Shown here: in pieces, positions 28,112 through 37,651 of the stretch
How the letters are laid out: each line of letters starts with the position of its first letter
Position numbering within the stretch: the stretch's first letter is position 1
From: Trueperaceae bacterium
GTDB taxonomy: Bacteria > Deinococcota > Deinococci > Deinococcales > Trueperaceae
Assembly (NCBI GenBank): GCA_965215565.1
Contig: CBDCDZ010000004.1
Span: 2,880,001-2,944,000 of the forward strand
Length of the DNA stretch: 64,000 bases
Direction of reading: 5' to 3'
Notes under the pieces: model-generated
Seen by the model: the letters and a program-made list of their open reading frames with translations, nothing else
What the model was told of the DNA's origin: nothing
The model's database searches: none
Program-made: the position numbers and the translations under genes

Positions 28112-29373
28112 GCGGTCTCCTGGTTGGTATCTGCGTCGGCGTTCGCGTCACCCTTTAGAGCGCTGAGGCGCTGTTCGACAAGGGTTTGAGCGAAGTCTCG
28201 TTCTGCTTGCAAAGAATCGAGGCGTCCGTCGGTTCGCGCTCTGGCCACCTCTAGGAGCACTTTACCAACCGCCGGACCCTCGGGTAAGCCCAACTCTAAC
28301 ACGTCCTTGCCGCTCAGCTTGGGGCGTTCGGCGAGGATTTCTAAGCGCTCCAAGCTCTCTCTTAACTCAGGACGACGCGCCCGCAGAGCGGCGTTCACCG
28401 AGGGGTCTAAAGCGCGTTCATCCAACGTGTCCTGTTCTGCTAAGAGCAAGCGGCGCTTCGCTAAACGCCGCTTGGACCAGCCGAAGGTGTCGGCGTGCGC
28501 CCCGAGCTTATCTTCGCGCACGCTTGTTAAGAGGAGGAGAAGATAGCTTTCATCCGGTACGCCCTCTACGCGCCGCCGCTCATCCAGACGCTCCAACTGC
28601 TCTAAGTGCACTGCGTGGAGCTGAAATCCGAACATCTGGGCAAGAACGCCGTAACGCGCCATTACCCCTAACGCTGGCGCAACCTGCGGCTCGGCGAGCG
28701 TGAGCAAGAGTTCGTTTTTGAGGCGCGACGGACTTACCGTACGCGCTGCACCTGCCGCTAATGTGGAGGTCAGTTCTTCAGCCGTGCCAGGGTGAAAGGT
28801 GAAGCCTAAACGCCCCGCGAGCCGTGCCCCACGTAGAATGCGCGTAGGGTCATCGGTGAACGAGTTCGGGTGGAGGGTGCGGAGCTGTTTACGTTTCAGG
28901 TCTTCTAAACCGCCAAAGAGGTCGATCAGCGCAGGCGGAGAGACGCGCACGGCGAGCGCGTTGAGCGTGAAGTCGCGGCGCAAGAGGTCCTTTTCCAACG
29001 TGCTCCGCCTGACCTCGGGCAGCGAGCCGGGAAAGGGATAGCTTTCTTCCCTCGCCGCCGCGATGTCAATCTCTAGGGCGGGAAGGCTCAGCGTGCAGGT
29101 CATAAAGGCGTCGTGACAGGTGAGAGAGCCGCCGAAGACCGCTTGGAGTTTCTTGCCCAAAGCCTGCGCGCTCCCTTCGGTAACGAGGTCTAGGTCTCGA
29201 GCCGCCGGTATCTCTTCAGAGGTACGAAGAGAGAGGAACGCGTCGCGCACGTTACCGCCTACGAGGTAAAGAGGGTTCTCCAAAGACGCGGTGCGCTGCA
29301 GGACGTTCGCTGCATTAGAGGACAAGTGCTCGAGAATAGCTCGAGCCTCGAGGCTGTTTACGCGCGCACTCAT
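28108..29373 (-). CDS. tRNA nucleotidyltransferase (CCA- or A-adding type)
   Basis: LVGGNVRD, DLDLV, REESYPFPGSLP loop, DLLRRDFTLNA, DDPTRILR. Confidence 0.9.
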   Translation of the reverse strand: MSARVNSLEARAILEHLSSNAANVLQRTASLENPLYLVGGNVRDAFLSLRTSEEIPAARDLDLVTEGSAQALGKKLQAVFGGSLTCHDAFMTCTLSLPALEIDIAAAREESYPFPGSLPEVRRSTLEKDLLRRDFTLNALAVRVSPPALIDLFGGLEDLKRKQLRTLHPNSFTDDPTRILRGARLAGRLGFTFHPGTAEELTSTLAAGAARTVSPSRLKNELLLTLAEPQVAPALGVMARYGVLAQMFGFQLHAVHLEQLERLDERRRVEGVPDESYLLLLLTSVREDKLGAHADTFGWSKRRLAKRRLLLAEQDTLDERALDPSVNAALRARRPELRESLERLEILAERPKLSGKDVLELGLPEGPAVGKVLLEVARARTDGRLDSLQAERDFAQTLVEQRLSALKGDANADADTNQETA

Positions 29374-29484
29374 ACGCTCAGTTTACCCAGCGGGTCCAAG
29401 TGGATAAAGTCATGTGGTGTAAAGTTTCTCACTTTACGTCCGTCAAGCCTATGAAATGGTGAATAGGTCTTTGAAAAGGGGGAC

Positions 29485-30240
29485 ATGGTGAAAATAACGT
29501 TCGGACTTCTACTCGCGCTGCTGCTCGTTTCAGCTTCCGCCCAGAAAACCGAGTGGAGCTACGGAGGCGAAACCGGGCCGCAAAACTGGGGCGAACTTGA
29601 CGGGGCGTACGAGCTTTGCGCCGTTGGTGAAGCGCAGTCGCCCATCGACATCAACGCGGACGCCGTTACCGAAGAGAACCTTGCTGACATTCAGATCAAC
29701 TATGACAACTCGCTCTTAGATATCGTCAACAACGGTCACACCCTGCAAGTCGACTACGAAACGGGTAGCTTCATCAGACTGAGCGACACGCGCTATGACC
29801 TCTTACAGTTTCACTTCCACACGCCGAGCGAGCACGCCCTTGGCGGCGACTTGACCGAGGCGGAGATTCACCTCGTTCACAGCAACCCCGACGCCGAGGG
29901 GGACTTGGCGGTTATTGGCGTGCTCGTGCAAGAGGGCGCGGAGAATGAAGCGCTACGTGAGGTTTTAGCGAACGCGCCGGAGGAAGAGGGGGAGGAGACC
30001 GCGCTCGAACTCGTCGAAGCCGAAGCCTTGCTACCCGAAAGCCGCTTCGCCTACCGCTACAGCGGCTCACTCACCACGCCGCCCTGCAGCCAAGGTGTCG
30101 CCTGGAACGTGATGGTCGAGCCCGTCACTATGTCAGCGGAGCAGATCGAAACGCTTTCTAACCTTATCGGCGAGAGCAACCGCCCCGTACAACCTCTTAA
30201 CGGGCGCACCGTGAGAGAAGACACGCAGAGCGGAGATTGA
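29485..30240 (+). CDS. alpha-class carbonic anhydrase, secreted
   Basis: Signal peptide; QSPID, QFHFH.PSEH, EIHLVH, YSGSLTTPPCS. Confidence 0.95.
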   Translation: MVKITFGLLLALLLVSASAQKTEWSYGGETGPQNWGELDGAYELCAVGEAQSPIDINADAVTEENLADIQINYDNSLLDIVNNGHTLQVDYETGSFIRLSDTRYDLLQFHFHTPSEHALGGDLTEAEIHLVHSNPDAEGDLAVIGVLVQEGAENEALREVLANAPEEEGEETALELVEAEALLPESRFAYRYSGSLTTPPCSQGVAWNVMVEPVTMSAEQIETLSNLIGESNRPVQPLNGRTVREDTQSGD

Positions 30241-30342
30241 CGGAGTGCCTTTTTTGTGTCGCGGAGATTAAGCCGCTTTTCCCGTGCGTTCTACGGCACA
30301 TAACAACGTGGCACACCGCTAGAACTGACGTAGACTAGTTCC

Positions 30343-30801
30343 GTGTTTCACGTCGCCCTCTTCGAACCCGAAATCGCGGGCAACGCTGGCAACGTCGCCC
30401 GCTCCTGCCTTGCCACAAACGCCAAACTCCACCTCATTCGTCCGCTCGGATTTCGCATCAGCGATGAGGCGATTCGCCGCGCTGGGATGGACTATTGGGA
30501 TGAGGTAGACGTCACGCTGCACGCCTCATTCGCTGCCTTTCAAGAGGTCTTGGCAACCTCTTTCGAAACAGACCGTATCTTCTCCTTCACCACCAAAGCA
30601 AAGCGGTCCTATACAGACGTTACGTATAGTTCAGGTGACGTGCTCCTCTTCGGTCCAGAGTCGAGAGGTCTGCCCGAAGTGGTGAGGGAGCAAACGGCGC
30701 AAGTTCGTATTCCAATGCGCCAGGAGGCGCGCTCGCTCAATCTCAGCGTGAGCGTCGGTGTGGCGCTTTATGAGGCGTGGCGGCAGGTTGAGTTCAAGTG
30801 A
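30343..30801 (+). CDS. trmL: tRNA (cytidine/uridine-34 2'-O)-methyltransferase
   Basis: PEIAGNAGN..RSC, RRAGMDYW, FGPESRGLP, RSLNLS. Confidence 0.95.
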   Translation: MFHVALFEPEIAGNAGNVARSCLATNAKLHLIRPLGFRISDEAIRRAGMDYWDEVDVTLHASFAAFQEVLATSFETDRIFSFTTKAKRSYTDVTYSSGDVLLFGPESRGLPEVVREQTAQVRIPMRQEARSLNLSVSVGVALYEAWRQVEFK

Positions 30802-30877
30802 CGATCCCTCGAGCTTACGCGCCGTAGCGAACCTGCGGAAGATATCGTCACAGTGAGTAGGGCGGCGCAACGTTCAG

Positions 30878-31945
30878 TTACGGCTGTACAAACCTCGTAT
30901 CACCGTCCAACCCCTCGATGAACTTAGCCAAAAGCTTAATCACATTCTCCAAGTCTTCCGGGTCGATCATCTCGTTGGGCGAGTGCATATAGCGATTAGG
31001 GATGGAGACGACGGCGGTGGGCACGCCGCCCCGGTTTTTAGCGAGGTCGTCGGCGTCGGTGCCGGTGCCGCGCGGCGAGATGCCGATGGTGTACGCGATG
31101 CTTTCGCGCTCGGCGGTCGCTCTCAGCATCTCCAGCACGCCCCTATGCACATACGAGCCCACAGTGAGTTCGGGTCCTGAACCGAACGAGGTCTCACCCT
31201 CTTGTTTCTTGTTGACGTTTGGGACGTCGGTGGCGTGAGTGACATCTATAGCGATGGCGACGTCGGGTTGCACAGCGTTCGAGGCGACGTACGCGCCGAT
31301 GCCGCCGATTTCCTCCTGGACAGTGGCGACGGCGACGACTTCCGCGCCCGACTCGCCCTTGGACTCCGCAGCGCGGCGGGCCGCCTCGAGCACAATAAAC
31401 GCCCCAATTCTATTGTCGATCGCTTTCGAGACGATGCGCCCGTTGAGGAGTTCCAACATAGGCTGCTCGATGACCGCGAAGTCGCCCGCTCTTACAAACC
31501 CTTTCGCCTCGTCGCCATCTTTCGCGCCGATGTCTATCCACATATCCTCGAGCTTTGAGACCTTGCGCCTGTCGTCCGCGCTCATGAGGTGAATCGGTTT
31601 CTTGCCGATCACGCCCAAAAGCTCACCCTTGTAGCCCACCACGCGCACGCGCTGACCCACGAGCTGCTGCGAGTCCCAACCGCCCACACCCTTGAAGTAG
31701 AGCCGTCCCTCGTCGTCGATGTAGGTTACTAAAAGCCCGATTTCATCCACGTGACCGGCTAAGAGAACCTTAGGTGAGCCGCCCTTGCCGAACGTCGCAA
31801 AGGTGTTGCCGTACGAGTCGGTGTGAACCTCTGCGCCGCGCCCCTTCGCCGCTTCACGCCACACGGCGGCGGGTCTGGATTCGAAGGAGCTGGTGCCGGG
31901 GGCGGCGAGAAGGGCTTTGAGAAAATCTTTGTCTGCATTTTCCAT
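30878..31945 (-). CDS. M42 family aminopeptidase
   Basis: GHVDEIG, KAIDNRIG, QEEIG, IDVT, GTDA, RYMHSPNE. Confidence 0.93.
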   Translation of the reverse strand: MENADKDFLKALLAAPGTSSFESRPAAVWREAAKGRGAEVHTDSYGNTFATFGKGGSPKVLLAGHVDEIGLLVTYIDDEGRLYFKGVGGWDSQQLVGQRVRVVGYKGELLGVIGKKPIHLMSADDRRKVSKLEDMWIDIGAKDGDEAKGFVRAGDFAVIEQPMLELLNGRIVSKAIDNRIGAFIVLEAARRAAESKGESGAEVVAVATVQEEIGGIGAYVASNAVQPDVAIAIDVTHATDVPNVNKKQEGETSFGSGPELTVGSYVHRGVLEMLRATAERESIAYTIGISPRGTGTDADDLAKNRGGVPTAVVSIPNRYMHSPNEMIDPEDLENVIKLLAKFIEGLDGDTRFVQP

Positions 31946-32020
31946 CCGAGAAATGTACCACGCAGATGGCGTGCGGGGCGCTGTTTCCGAACCCTTCACA
32001 CCGAAATGTGAGGTTCGAGG

Positions 32021-32716
32021 CTACGCGACGTCTAAAATCAGGCGCGGCTTGAACCCCAAAGCGTCCGCTGCGACGAAGTGAACCGCAATCTCACCGAGTT
32101 CTTCGATCACCCTCGTGCTCCCGTGCAGATGCCCAAAGACGAGCGCGCCCGGCGCGTAGTCCAGCAAGAGGTCGGTGAAACCGGAGGGCTCGAGCTTCAG
32201 GTTCGTCGGCGGATAGTGGAGCATGACGACGGTTTTTGTACCCTCATCAGAAAGCTTCTTCGCCGCGTCTAGCGAGAGTTTCAACCTCTCCAACTCGCGC
32301 TGATACACCTTCTCGTCCTGCTCACCAAAGTCCGTACTCCCAGGTGTCGTCCAGCCGCGCGTGCCCGCGACGACAACGTTTCCGAAACGCAGGGCGTCGT
32401 TTTGCACCGCGTACATTCCCCCAGGCAGCGCGCGGCGCAGTTTGCTGATCGAGGGCCACCAGTAGTCGTGGTTGCCGCGCAGCAAGACCTTGTTGCCGGG
32501 CAGTGCGGCGATGTCGTAGAGGTCCTCTAAAGCGCCCTCCAAGCGCATCGCCCACGAGATGTCGCCGGGGATGAGCACGAGGTCGTCCGCGCAGACGCGC
32601 TCGCGCCATCCTTCGAAGAACGCTTCAGGGTGACCCACCCAGTTCTCGCCAAAAATCGTCATCGGTTTGGGCTCGGCTTTGGAGAGGTGGGGGTCGGCGA
32701 TGGCGAAGACGCGCAT
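32021..32716 (-). CDS. calcineurin-like metallophosphoesterase
   Basis: ADPH, GDISW, GNHD, HYPP, GHLH. Confidence 0.92.
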   Translation of the reverse strand: MRVFAIADPHLSKAEPKPMTIFGENWVGHPEAFFEGWRERVCADDLVLIPGDISWAMRLEGALEDLYDIAALPGNKVLLRGNHDYWWPSISKLRRALPGGMYAVQNDALRFGNVVVAGTRGWTTPGSTDFGEQDEKVYQRELERLKLSLDAAKKLSDEGTKTVVMLHYPPTNLKLEPSGFTDLLLDYAPGALVFGHLHGSTRVIEELGEIAVHFVAADALGFKPRLILDVA

Positions 32717-32783
32717 AAAGGAACAGTCTAACAAACGGGCTCGAGGGGGAGTATGAAGTCGTCATAAGCCGAGTGTTTTGGTC

Positions 32784-33296
32784 TTACTTCCAAGAAAGGT
32801 CTGTTCGGAGGATGCCTTTGTCGGACAGTTGGGCCAACACGTCGCAAACGCTTTCTCCAGTAACGGGATGTCGCCACAGCAGAGCTGCGCCGCATATAAC
32901 CTCACAGAGCGGCGCGAGCACAAAAGCGCGCTCCATCATGCGGGGGTGTGGGAGTATCAAATGTTCGCTTGTCCTGACCTCTCCGCCAAACGCGAGCAAG
33001 TCGAGGTCTAGGGTGCGTGCGCCCCAGCGTTCCGTGCGTTCGCGCCCCCTTTGAGTCTCGAGCCCCAAAAGCTGCTTTAGCAACGTTTCGGGTTCGGACG
33101 TTTCAGGTTCCAGGGCAACTACCGCGTTGAGGTAGTCGGGCTGACCCTCTGGACCGCCGACGGGGGTGGTGCGGTAGAGGCTCGAGCGTGCCACTACCTC
33201 TCCCAACGTTGCTAAACGCTGCCGCGCCCACCTGAGATGGTCCAAGGGCTCACCCAAGTTGCTCCCTAGAGCGACGAACGCGAGAGGTTTAGCGAT
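32784..33296 (-). CDS. folK: 2-amino-4-hydroxy-6-hydroxymethyldihydropteridine diphosphokinase (apparent ATC start)
   Basis: AFVALGSNLG upstream of the listed ORF, QPDYLNAV, RWGARTLDLDLL, LPHPRM.ERAFVL.PL. Confidence 0.92.
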   Translation of the reverse strand: MAKPLAFVALGSNLGEPLDHLRWARQRLATLGEVVARSSLYRTTPVGGPEGQPDYLNAVVALEPETSEPETLLKQLLGLETQRGRERTERWGARTLDLDLLAFGGEVRTSEHLILPHPRMMERAFVLAPLCEVICGAALLWRHPVTGESVCDVLAQLSDKGILRTDLSWK

Positions 33297-33639
33297 GGCG
33301 CGTGACCTCGGCGTATATATCTCTCACGATGCCCGGCAGCGGCGCGTGCGGCTTATGGACGCGCACCGTCACCACGCGCACGAGCGGCTGAGCGTTGAGA
33401 ATTTGTACGGCGAGGTGATGAGCTAACGCTTCGATGAGTTTGTAGCGCTTGCCCTGCATCACGTGTTGCACGAGGTTGTAGATAGTTGCGTAGTCCACGG
33501 TTTGGCTGAGCACGTCCGCTTCGGATAAGGGAAGCAAGAGGTCGACGTCCACGGTGAAGCGTGCGCCCAGCGTTTTCTCTTCGTCAAAGACGCCGTGGTA
33601 GGCGTAGAACTCCATGCCGGAGAGGACGATTCTATCCAT
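33289..33639 (-). CDS. folB: dihydroneopterin aldolase
   Basis: MDRIVLSGMEFYAYHGV..EE, TVDY, LIEALA, VHKPHAP. Confidence 0.95.
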   Translation of the reverse strand: MDRIVLSGMEFYAYHGVFDEEKTLGARFTVDVDLLLPLSEADVLSQTVDYATIYNLVQHVMQGKRYKLIEALAHHLAVQILNAQPLVRVVTVRVHKPHAPLPGIVRDIYAEVTRHR

Positions 33640-34525
33640 CTTGTGCCGGGGCGTTTCGAACATCTAGGGCGTTCCAAACGCTGAGCGCCTGCGCGTGCGC
33701 CGCGACGTTGTGAACGCGCAAGAGCGCCGCGCCGCGCTCTGCCGCGAAGAGGTGGAAGGCGACGGAGCCGGGGTCGCGCTGGGCGGCGTTTTGTACACCC
33801 GTCAACTGACCGATAGACCCTTTGCGCGACGCGCCTAAAAGGACAGGGTAGGGGCGAGCGGTGAGGGTGCTGAGGTGCCGGGTCAGCTCGAGGTTGTGCG
33901 CCAGCGTCTTGCCGAAGCCGATGCCGGGGTCGAGAAGGACGCTCGGCACATCTGCGCTGAGCGCACGCTTCGCCGCCGCCATCAAGTACGTGAAGACCTC
34001 TTCGCTCACGTCGTCGTAACTTGGGTCGCGCTGCATCGTCTGCGGGTTGCCCTGCATGTGCATGACGACGGCGGGCACGCCCTCTTGAGCGCAGACCTCC
34101 ACCATCGCCGCGTCGCGCAGTCCGCTCACGTCGTTGACGAGGTTTGCGCCCGCGCGAATCGCTTTTAGCGCCACCTCCGGCTTGTACGTGTCCACGCTGA
34201 TGAGCGCGTCCGTCTCCTCACGAATCGCCCTGATGACGGGGAGCACGCGGTCTAATTCATCTTCTGCGCTAAGGGGCTCAGCGCCGGGGCGCGTGGACTC
34301 GCCGCCGATGTCGATGATGAACGCCCCCTCTTCCAACATCCCTTTCGCCTGCGAGAGCGCCGCCTCTACTCGTACGAACTTGCCGCCGTCGCTGAAGCTG
34401 TCCGGCGTCACGTTCAAAATGCCCATGAGCGCCGCGCCGCGCCAACGGAGCACGTAGCCCTGCGCGTCTTTTTCGGTGTGAGGCGTCGGGCGGGTAAATC
34501 TAAGTTCATGCGTCACGCGGCCCAT
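33632..34525 (-). CDS. folP: dihydropteroate synthase
   Basis: MGILNVTPDSFSDGG, GGESTRPG, DPGIGFGK, SRK, RVH; true start may be GTG 34516. Confidence 0.96.
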   Translation of the reverse strand: MGRVTHELRFTRPTPHTEKDAQGYVLRWRGAALMGILNVTPDSFSDGGKFVRVEAALSQAKGMLEEGAFIIDIGGESTRPGAEPLSAEDELDRVLPVIRAIREETDALISVDTYKPEVALKAIRAGANLVNDVSGLRDAAMVEVCAQEGVPAVVMHMQGNPQTMQRDPSYDDVSEEVFTYLMAAAKRALSADVPSVLLDPGIGFGKTLAHNLELTRHLSTLTARPYPVLLGASRKGSIGQLTGVQNAAQRDPGSVAFHLFAAERGAALLRVHNVAAHAQALSVWNALDVRNAPAQDG

Positions 34526-34573
34526 CGTAGCATCCCGCCTCCTACGCTGAGCGGCGGTGCGCTATAAAGAGGT

Positions 34574-34921
34574 GTGTTCGGTTTTCTCGTTTCAGGACTT
34601 TTTTTGCTCTCGCTCGCGCTGGCTAGCTGGAAGCTCCTCCATCTCTATCAAACCCACACTGAGGTAGGCTCGAGCCCCTGGAACGCCTATCAGATCGCCC
34701 TGCGAGAAGACCTCGCCCGCTTCTCTTCACGCAGCGCGTCAGCGGAAGAGGTACGCGAATTCGAGGTAAAAGAGCAGCGTTATACCCGCCGCCTCGAGTT
34801 GCAACTCGAACACAACGCCTTCGCAGATGAGATAGAGCGGCTAAGGGCGAAGCGACTGGAGCAGCAGCGCAGGCTCGAGACCGCTCAAGTTTACGAAGCG
34901 CTGAGGCGAAATCCTCACTGA
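34574..34921 (+). CDS. hypothetical membrane-anchored coiled-coil protein
   Basis: N-terminal hydrophobic helix and charged helical tail; fills the gap between folP and folC. Confidence 0.6.
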   Translation: MFGFLVSGLFLLSLALASWKLLHLYQTHTEVGSSPWNAYQIALREDLARFSSRSASAEEVREFEVKEQRYTRRLELQLEHNAFADEIERLRAKRLEQQRRLETAQVYEALRRNPH

Positions 34922-36210
34922 GCGCGTTCCCAGGGTTCGGCGCTTTCTCCTACCAAAAGAGGTCTCACCTCACCGATGAGGTAGAGGCTCCCTGCTACGA
35001 CGACGACCTCTCCCGGTTGACTCTTCGCGAGGGCCAAATCAAGTGCGTCCGAGGGCGTTTCGCTGACTACCGACGCGCGCCACAAGGAGACCAAGTCGCT
35101 AGGCTCCGTTCCTCTCGGGCTCAAGCGCGCTTTGGTCAAGATGACCTCTCTAAAGGACCCCGACAGCGCCGCGCTCATCTTCAAGACCTCTTTACCCACC
35201 GCCACGCCGAAGACTAAAAGCGCATCCCGAACGCCCAAAGCGTGGAGGGTTTCGGCGAGGGCGAGCGCCGCCTCCTCGTTATGAGCGCCGTCGAGTAAAA
35301 AGGTGCGGCTCTGGAAGGGGAGAGGCTCGAGCCGCCCCGCCCAGGTGGTCTGCGCTGCACCGCGTCGGATGAACGCTCGAGGAACGCCCAAAGACTGCGC
35401 CGCCGCCGCTGCCAACGCGACATTTCTCGCCTGATGGACGCCCAGAAGAGGTGTGCGGAGGTCGAGGGTGCCGTGGGGACTCGAGAGGGTGACCTCTAAG
35501 CCCTGCCAGCCCAAGTCTCGGTGTCCCAAACCCAATTCATCCTCAAAAGACCAGAGCGTCGCGCCCTTCCTCTGCGCTTCGCCCTGCAAGGTCTCGAGCG
35601 CTTCACCACGCGCGCCCGTCAAACAGAGTTTTTCAGGGCGCATGATGCCCGCTTTCTCTACCGCAATGTCCTGCACGCGCTCGCCTAAGATATGCGTGTG
35701 GTCGAGCGAAATCCCTGTAATCACGCTGAGCGAAGGCTCCAGCACGTTCGTCGCGTCGAAGCGTCCGCCTAGCCCGACTTCCATTACAGCGAGGTCAACA
35801 TTCACTTTTGCGAAGAGCAAACAAGCGAGCGCTAAAACCGTCTCGAAGAAAGTCGCGCCGGTCTCTTCTACGGCGGGCTTCATCTCTTCTAGCGTGTTGA
35901 GCACATCCGCCATAGTCGGCTGCTCGCCGTCCACCACGAACCGCTCGGTAAAGACGCTGAGGTGCGGGCTAGTGAAGAGCGCGGTGCGTTTTCCCGACGC
36001 GCTCAGCATGCTCGCTAGGGTGCTCGCGGTGCTCCCTTTGCCGTTCGTGCCGCCTATGAGCACGCTCTCGAAATGGCGCTGGGGTTCGCCGAGGGCGCTC
36101 AATAAAGCTTTAGGACGCTCTAACCCTGGCTTGATACCGAAACGCTGCCGCGCGAAGAGCCACGCTAAGAGATAGTTCTCTCGTTGTGGTGAAGGACTAA
36201 AAGCGCTCAT
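34915..36210 (-). CDS. folC: bifunctional folylpolyglutamate synthase/dihydrofolate synthase
   Basis: GTNGKGST, TSPHL, EVGLGGRFDATN, LDGAHN, GSLYL; ATG 36210. Confidence 0.95.
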   Translation of the reverse strand: MSAFSPSPQRENYLLAWLFARQRFGIKPGLERPKALLSALGEPQRHFESVLIGGTNGKGSTASTLASMLSASGKRTALFTSPHLSVFTERFVVDGEQPTMADVLNTLEEMKPAVEETGATFFETVLALACLLFAKVNVDLAVMEVGLGGRFDATNVLEPSLSVITGISLDHTHILGERVQDIAVEKAGIMRPEKLCLTGARGEALETLQGEAQRKGATLWSFEDELGLGHRDLGWQGLEVTLSSPHGTLDLRTPLLGVHQARNVALAAAAAQSLGVPRAFIRRGAAQTTWAGRLEPLPFQSRTFLLDGAHNEEAALALAETLHALGVRDALLVFGVAVGKEVLKMSAALSGSFREVILTKARLSPRGTEPSDLVSLWRASVVSETPSDALDLALAKSQPGEVVVVAGSLYLIGEVRPLLVGESAEPWERAQ

Positions 36211-36694
36211 CGACCTCTTTAAGCCGCAACGCCTCCGCGTCACTAGCGGGTACGTGGTGCTTCGCCACAAGGTCCGCCACGCGCGCGTCGCCGCCCGCCG
36301 CCCGTATCATCTGTGCGCCGTAGCGGCCGTGATGCCGCTTCATCTGCCAGAGCCCGCGCACGCCCGAAAAGCGCGGTCTCGCAGGGATGCTAGGGGGCGT
36401 GTAGAGCGCCGCTAGAATGCGGCTCAGCGGGTTGTAAGAGGCTTGCGTCTTGCCGACGTCATGAAGAAGCGCCGCCCGCAAAAGTTCGGGGGAGGCGTCA
36501 GGATACGCGGCTAACAGGGTCTTCGTAACGGTGCAAGCGTGGTCACGGTCGCGCACGTCCATCGCTAGGTACAAATGAAACTCCCCGGCTGAAAGGTGAC
36601 GCTTCGCGAAGCGGTCGTCCGCATGAGCGAGCTTGGGAATGAGGGCGACGGTGGTGCGCCAGAAGGTGTTTTTAAGCCAGGTTGCGCGCTGCAC
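36197..36694 (-). CDS. HD domain-containing phosphohydrolase
   Basis: DRDH...LLHDVGK...HH...HH...D; start estimated from a TATAGT box. Confidence 0.8.
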   Translation of the reverse strand: MQRATWLKNTFWRTTVALIPKLAHADDRFAKRHLSAGEFHLYLAMDVRDRDHACTVTKTLLAAYPDASPELLRAALLHDVGKTQASYNPLSRILAALYTPPSIPARPRFSGVRGLWQMKRHHGRYGAQMIRAAGGDARVADLVAKHHVPASDAEALRLKEVDERF

Positions 36695-36750
36695 GGAAGT
36701 CACTATAACGCACCGCGAAGACGGCGGCTGTGCTTGATGAGCGAAATAGA

Positions 36751-36822
36751 AGCAATGAGCAGAGAAGAAGCAATGAGTTAAAAGCAATGAGTCTAAAACC
36801 TTTTACTCATTGCTCGTTGCTT
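36751..36822. repeat. short GCAATGAG repeats with an inverted copy (hairpin-forming)
   Basis: GCAATGAG x3, then CTCATTGC. Confidence 0.75.
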
Positions 36823-37010
36823 TAGCAGGTATCATCTGGTCAGCGACACTCTCACTATGCGAGTTGCTGTTGCTAGGCAGCAAACTTGCGTCTGCTCGCT
36901 TCCGCGGAGCAGCTTTCAGAAACGTAGCACGCACATTATAAGATGAAATCCCGCTAGTCCTACGGACAGAGACCTGCAGCCATCTGTCTCAGTATGTTTT
37001 GGAACTGCTA
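36823..37010 (+). repeat. dispersed intergenic repeat, copy 6 (with two internal insertions)
   Basis: TAGCAGGTATCATCTGGTC..ACTCTCAC...GCACGCAC..AGATGA...CCTGC...TGTCTCAGTATGTTTTGGAACTGCTA. Confidence 0.85.
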
Positions 37011-37088
37011 CTTTTAACCCGTTGCTTCTAACTCGTTACTTTCTTCACCTCCCACACCGACTTGCGCCTCCCTGCTGTATGCTGATTC

Positions 37089-37646
37089 GTGATGGAGGGG
37101 GACGTTCTCAACCTTTATAAAAAGACGGGCGCGTACCTAGAGGGACACTTTCTACTCGCCTCGGGGCGTCACTCGCCTAAGTTTTTGCAGTCCACGACGG
37201 TGTTGCAGTATCCGCAGCACGCCGAAACTATCGGCAGCGCTTTGGCTCAGAAGTTGAACGAAACTTTAAATGGCGCACCCTCTTTCGTTCTCGGTCCAGC
37301 GATGGGTGGCGTCGTACTCGCGCATACGGTGGCTAGAGCGCTCGGCTGCCGCGCGTTCTTTGCTGAAAAGGACGGGGCGGGCGGCATGAAGATTCGTGAG
37401 GCGTTCAAGATAAAGGGGGGTGAAACCTTCGTCGCAGTCGAAGACGTAGTGACGACGGGCGGTAGTTTGCAAAAGTCCATCGCCGCTGCCGAAGCCGAAG
37501 GCGGCACCTGTGTAGGCGTCGGGTGCATCATCGACAGAGGTACGTCCGAGATGAACCTTACCGCACTCCAAACGCTCTCTTTCCCTACCTATCCCGCTGA
37601 CGACTGCCCCTTGTGCGCTCAGAGCGTACCCCTCGAGGACATCTAA
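37089..37646 (+). CDS. pyrE: orotate phosphoribosyltransferase
   Basis: EGHFLLASGRHS, GPAMGG, VEDVVTTGGS, C-terminal CPLC. Confidence 0.95.
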   Translation: MMEGDVLNLYKKTGAYLEGHFLLASGRHSPKFLQSTTVLQYPQHAETIGSALAQKLNETLNGAPSFVLGPAMGGVVLAHTVARALGCRAFFAEKDGAGGMKIREAFKIKGGETFVAVEDVVTTGGSLQKSIAAAEAEGGTCVGVGCIIDRGTSEMNLTALQTLSFPTYPADDCPLCAQSVPLEDI

Positions 37647-37651
37647 CCCCT

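Noticed and set aside
35453..36175. Long antisense ORFs (for example opposite folC, cysI and trpS)
   Set aside because: Shadow ORFs of GC-rich genes on the opposite strand or in alternative frames; no independent coding signal.
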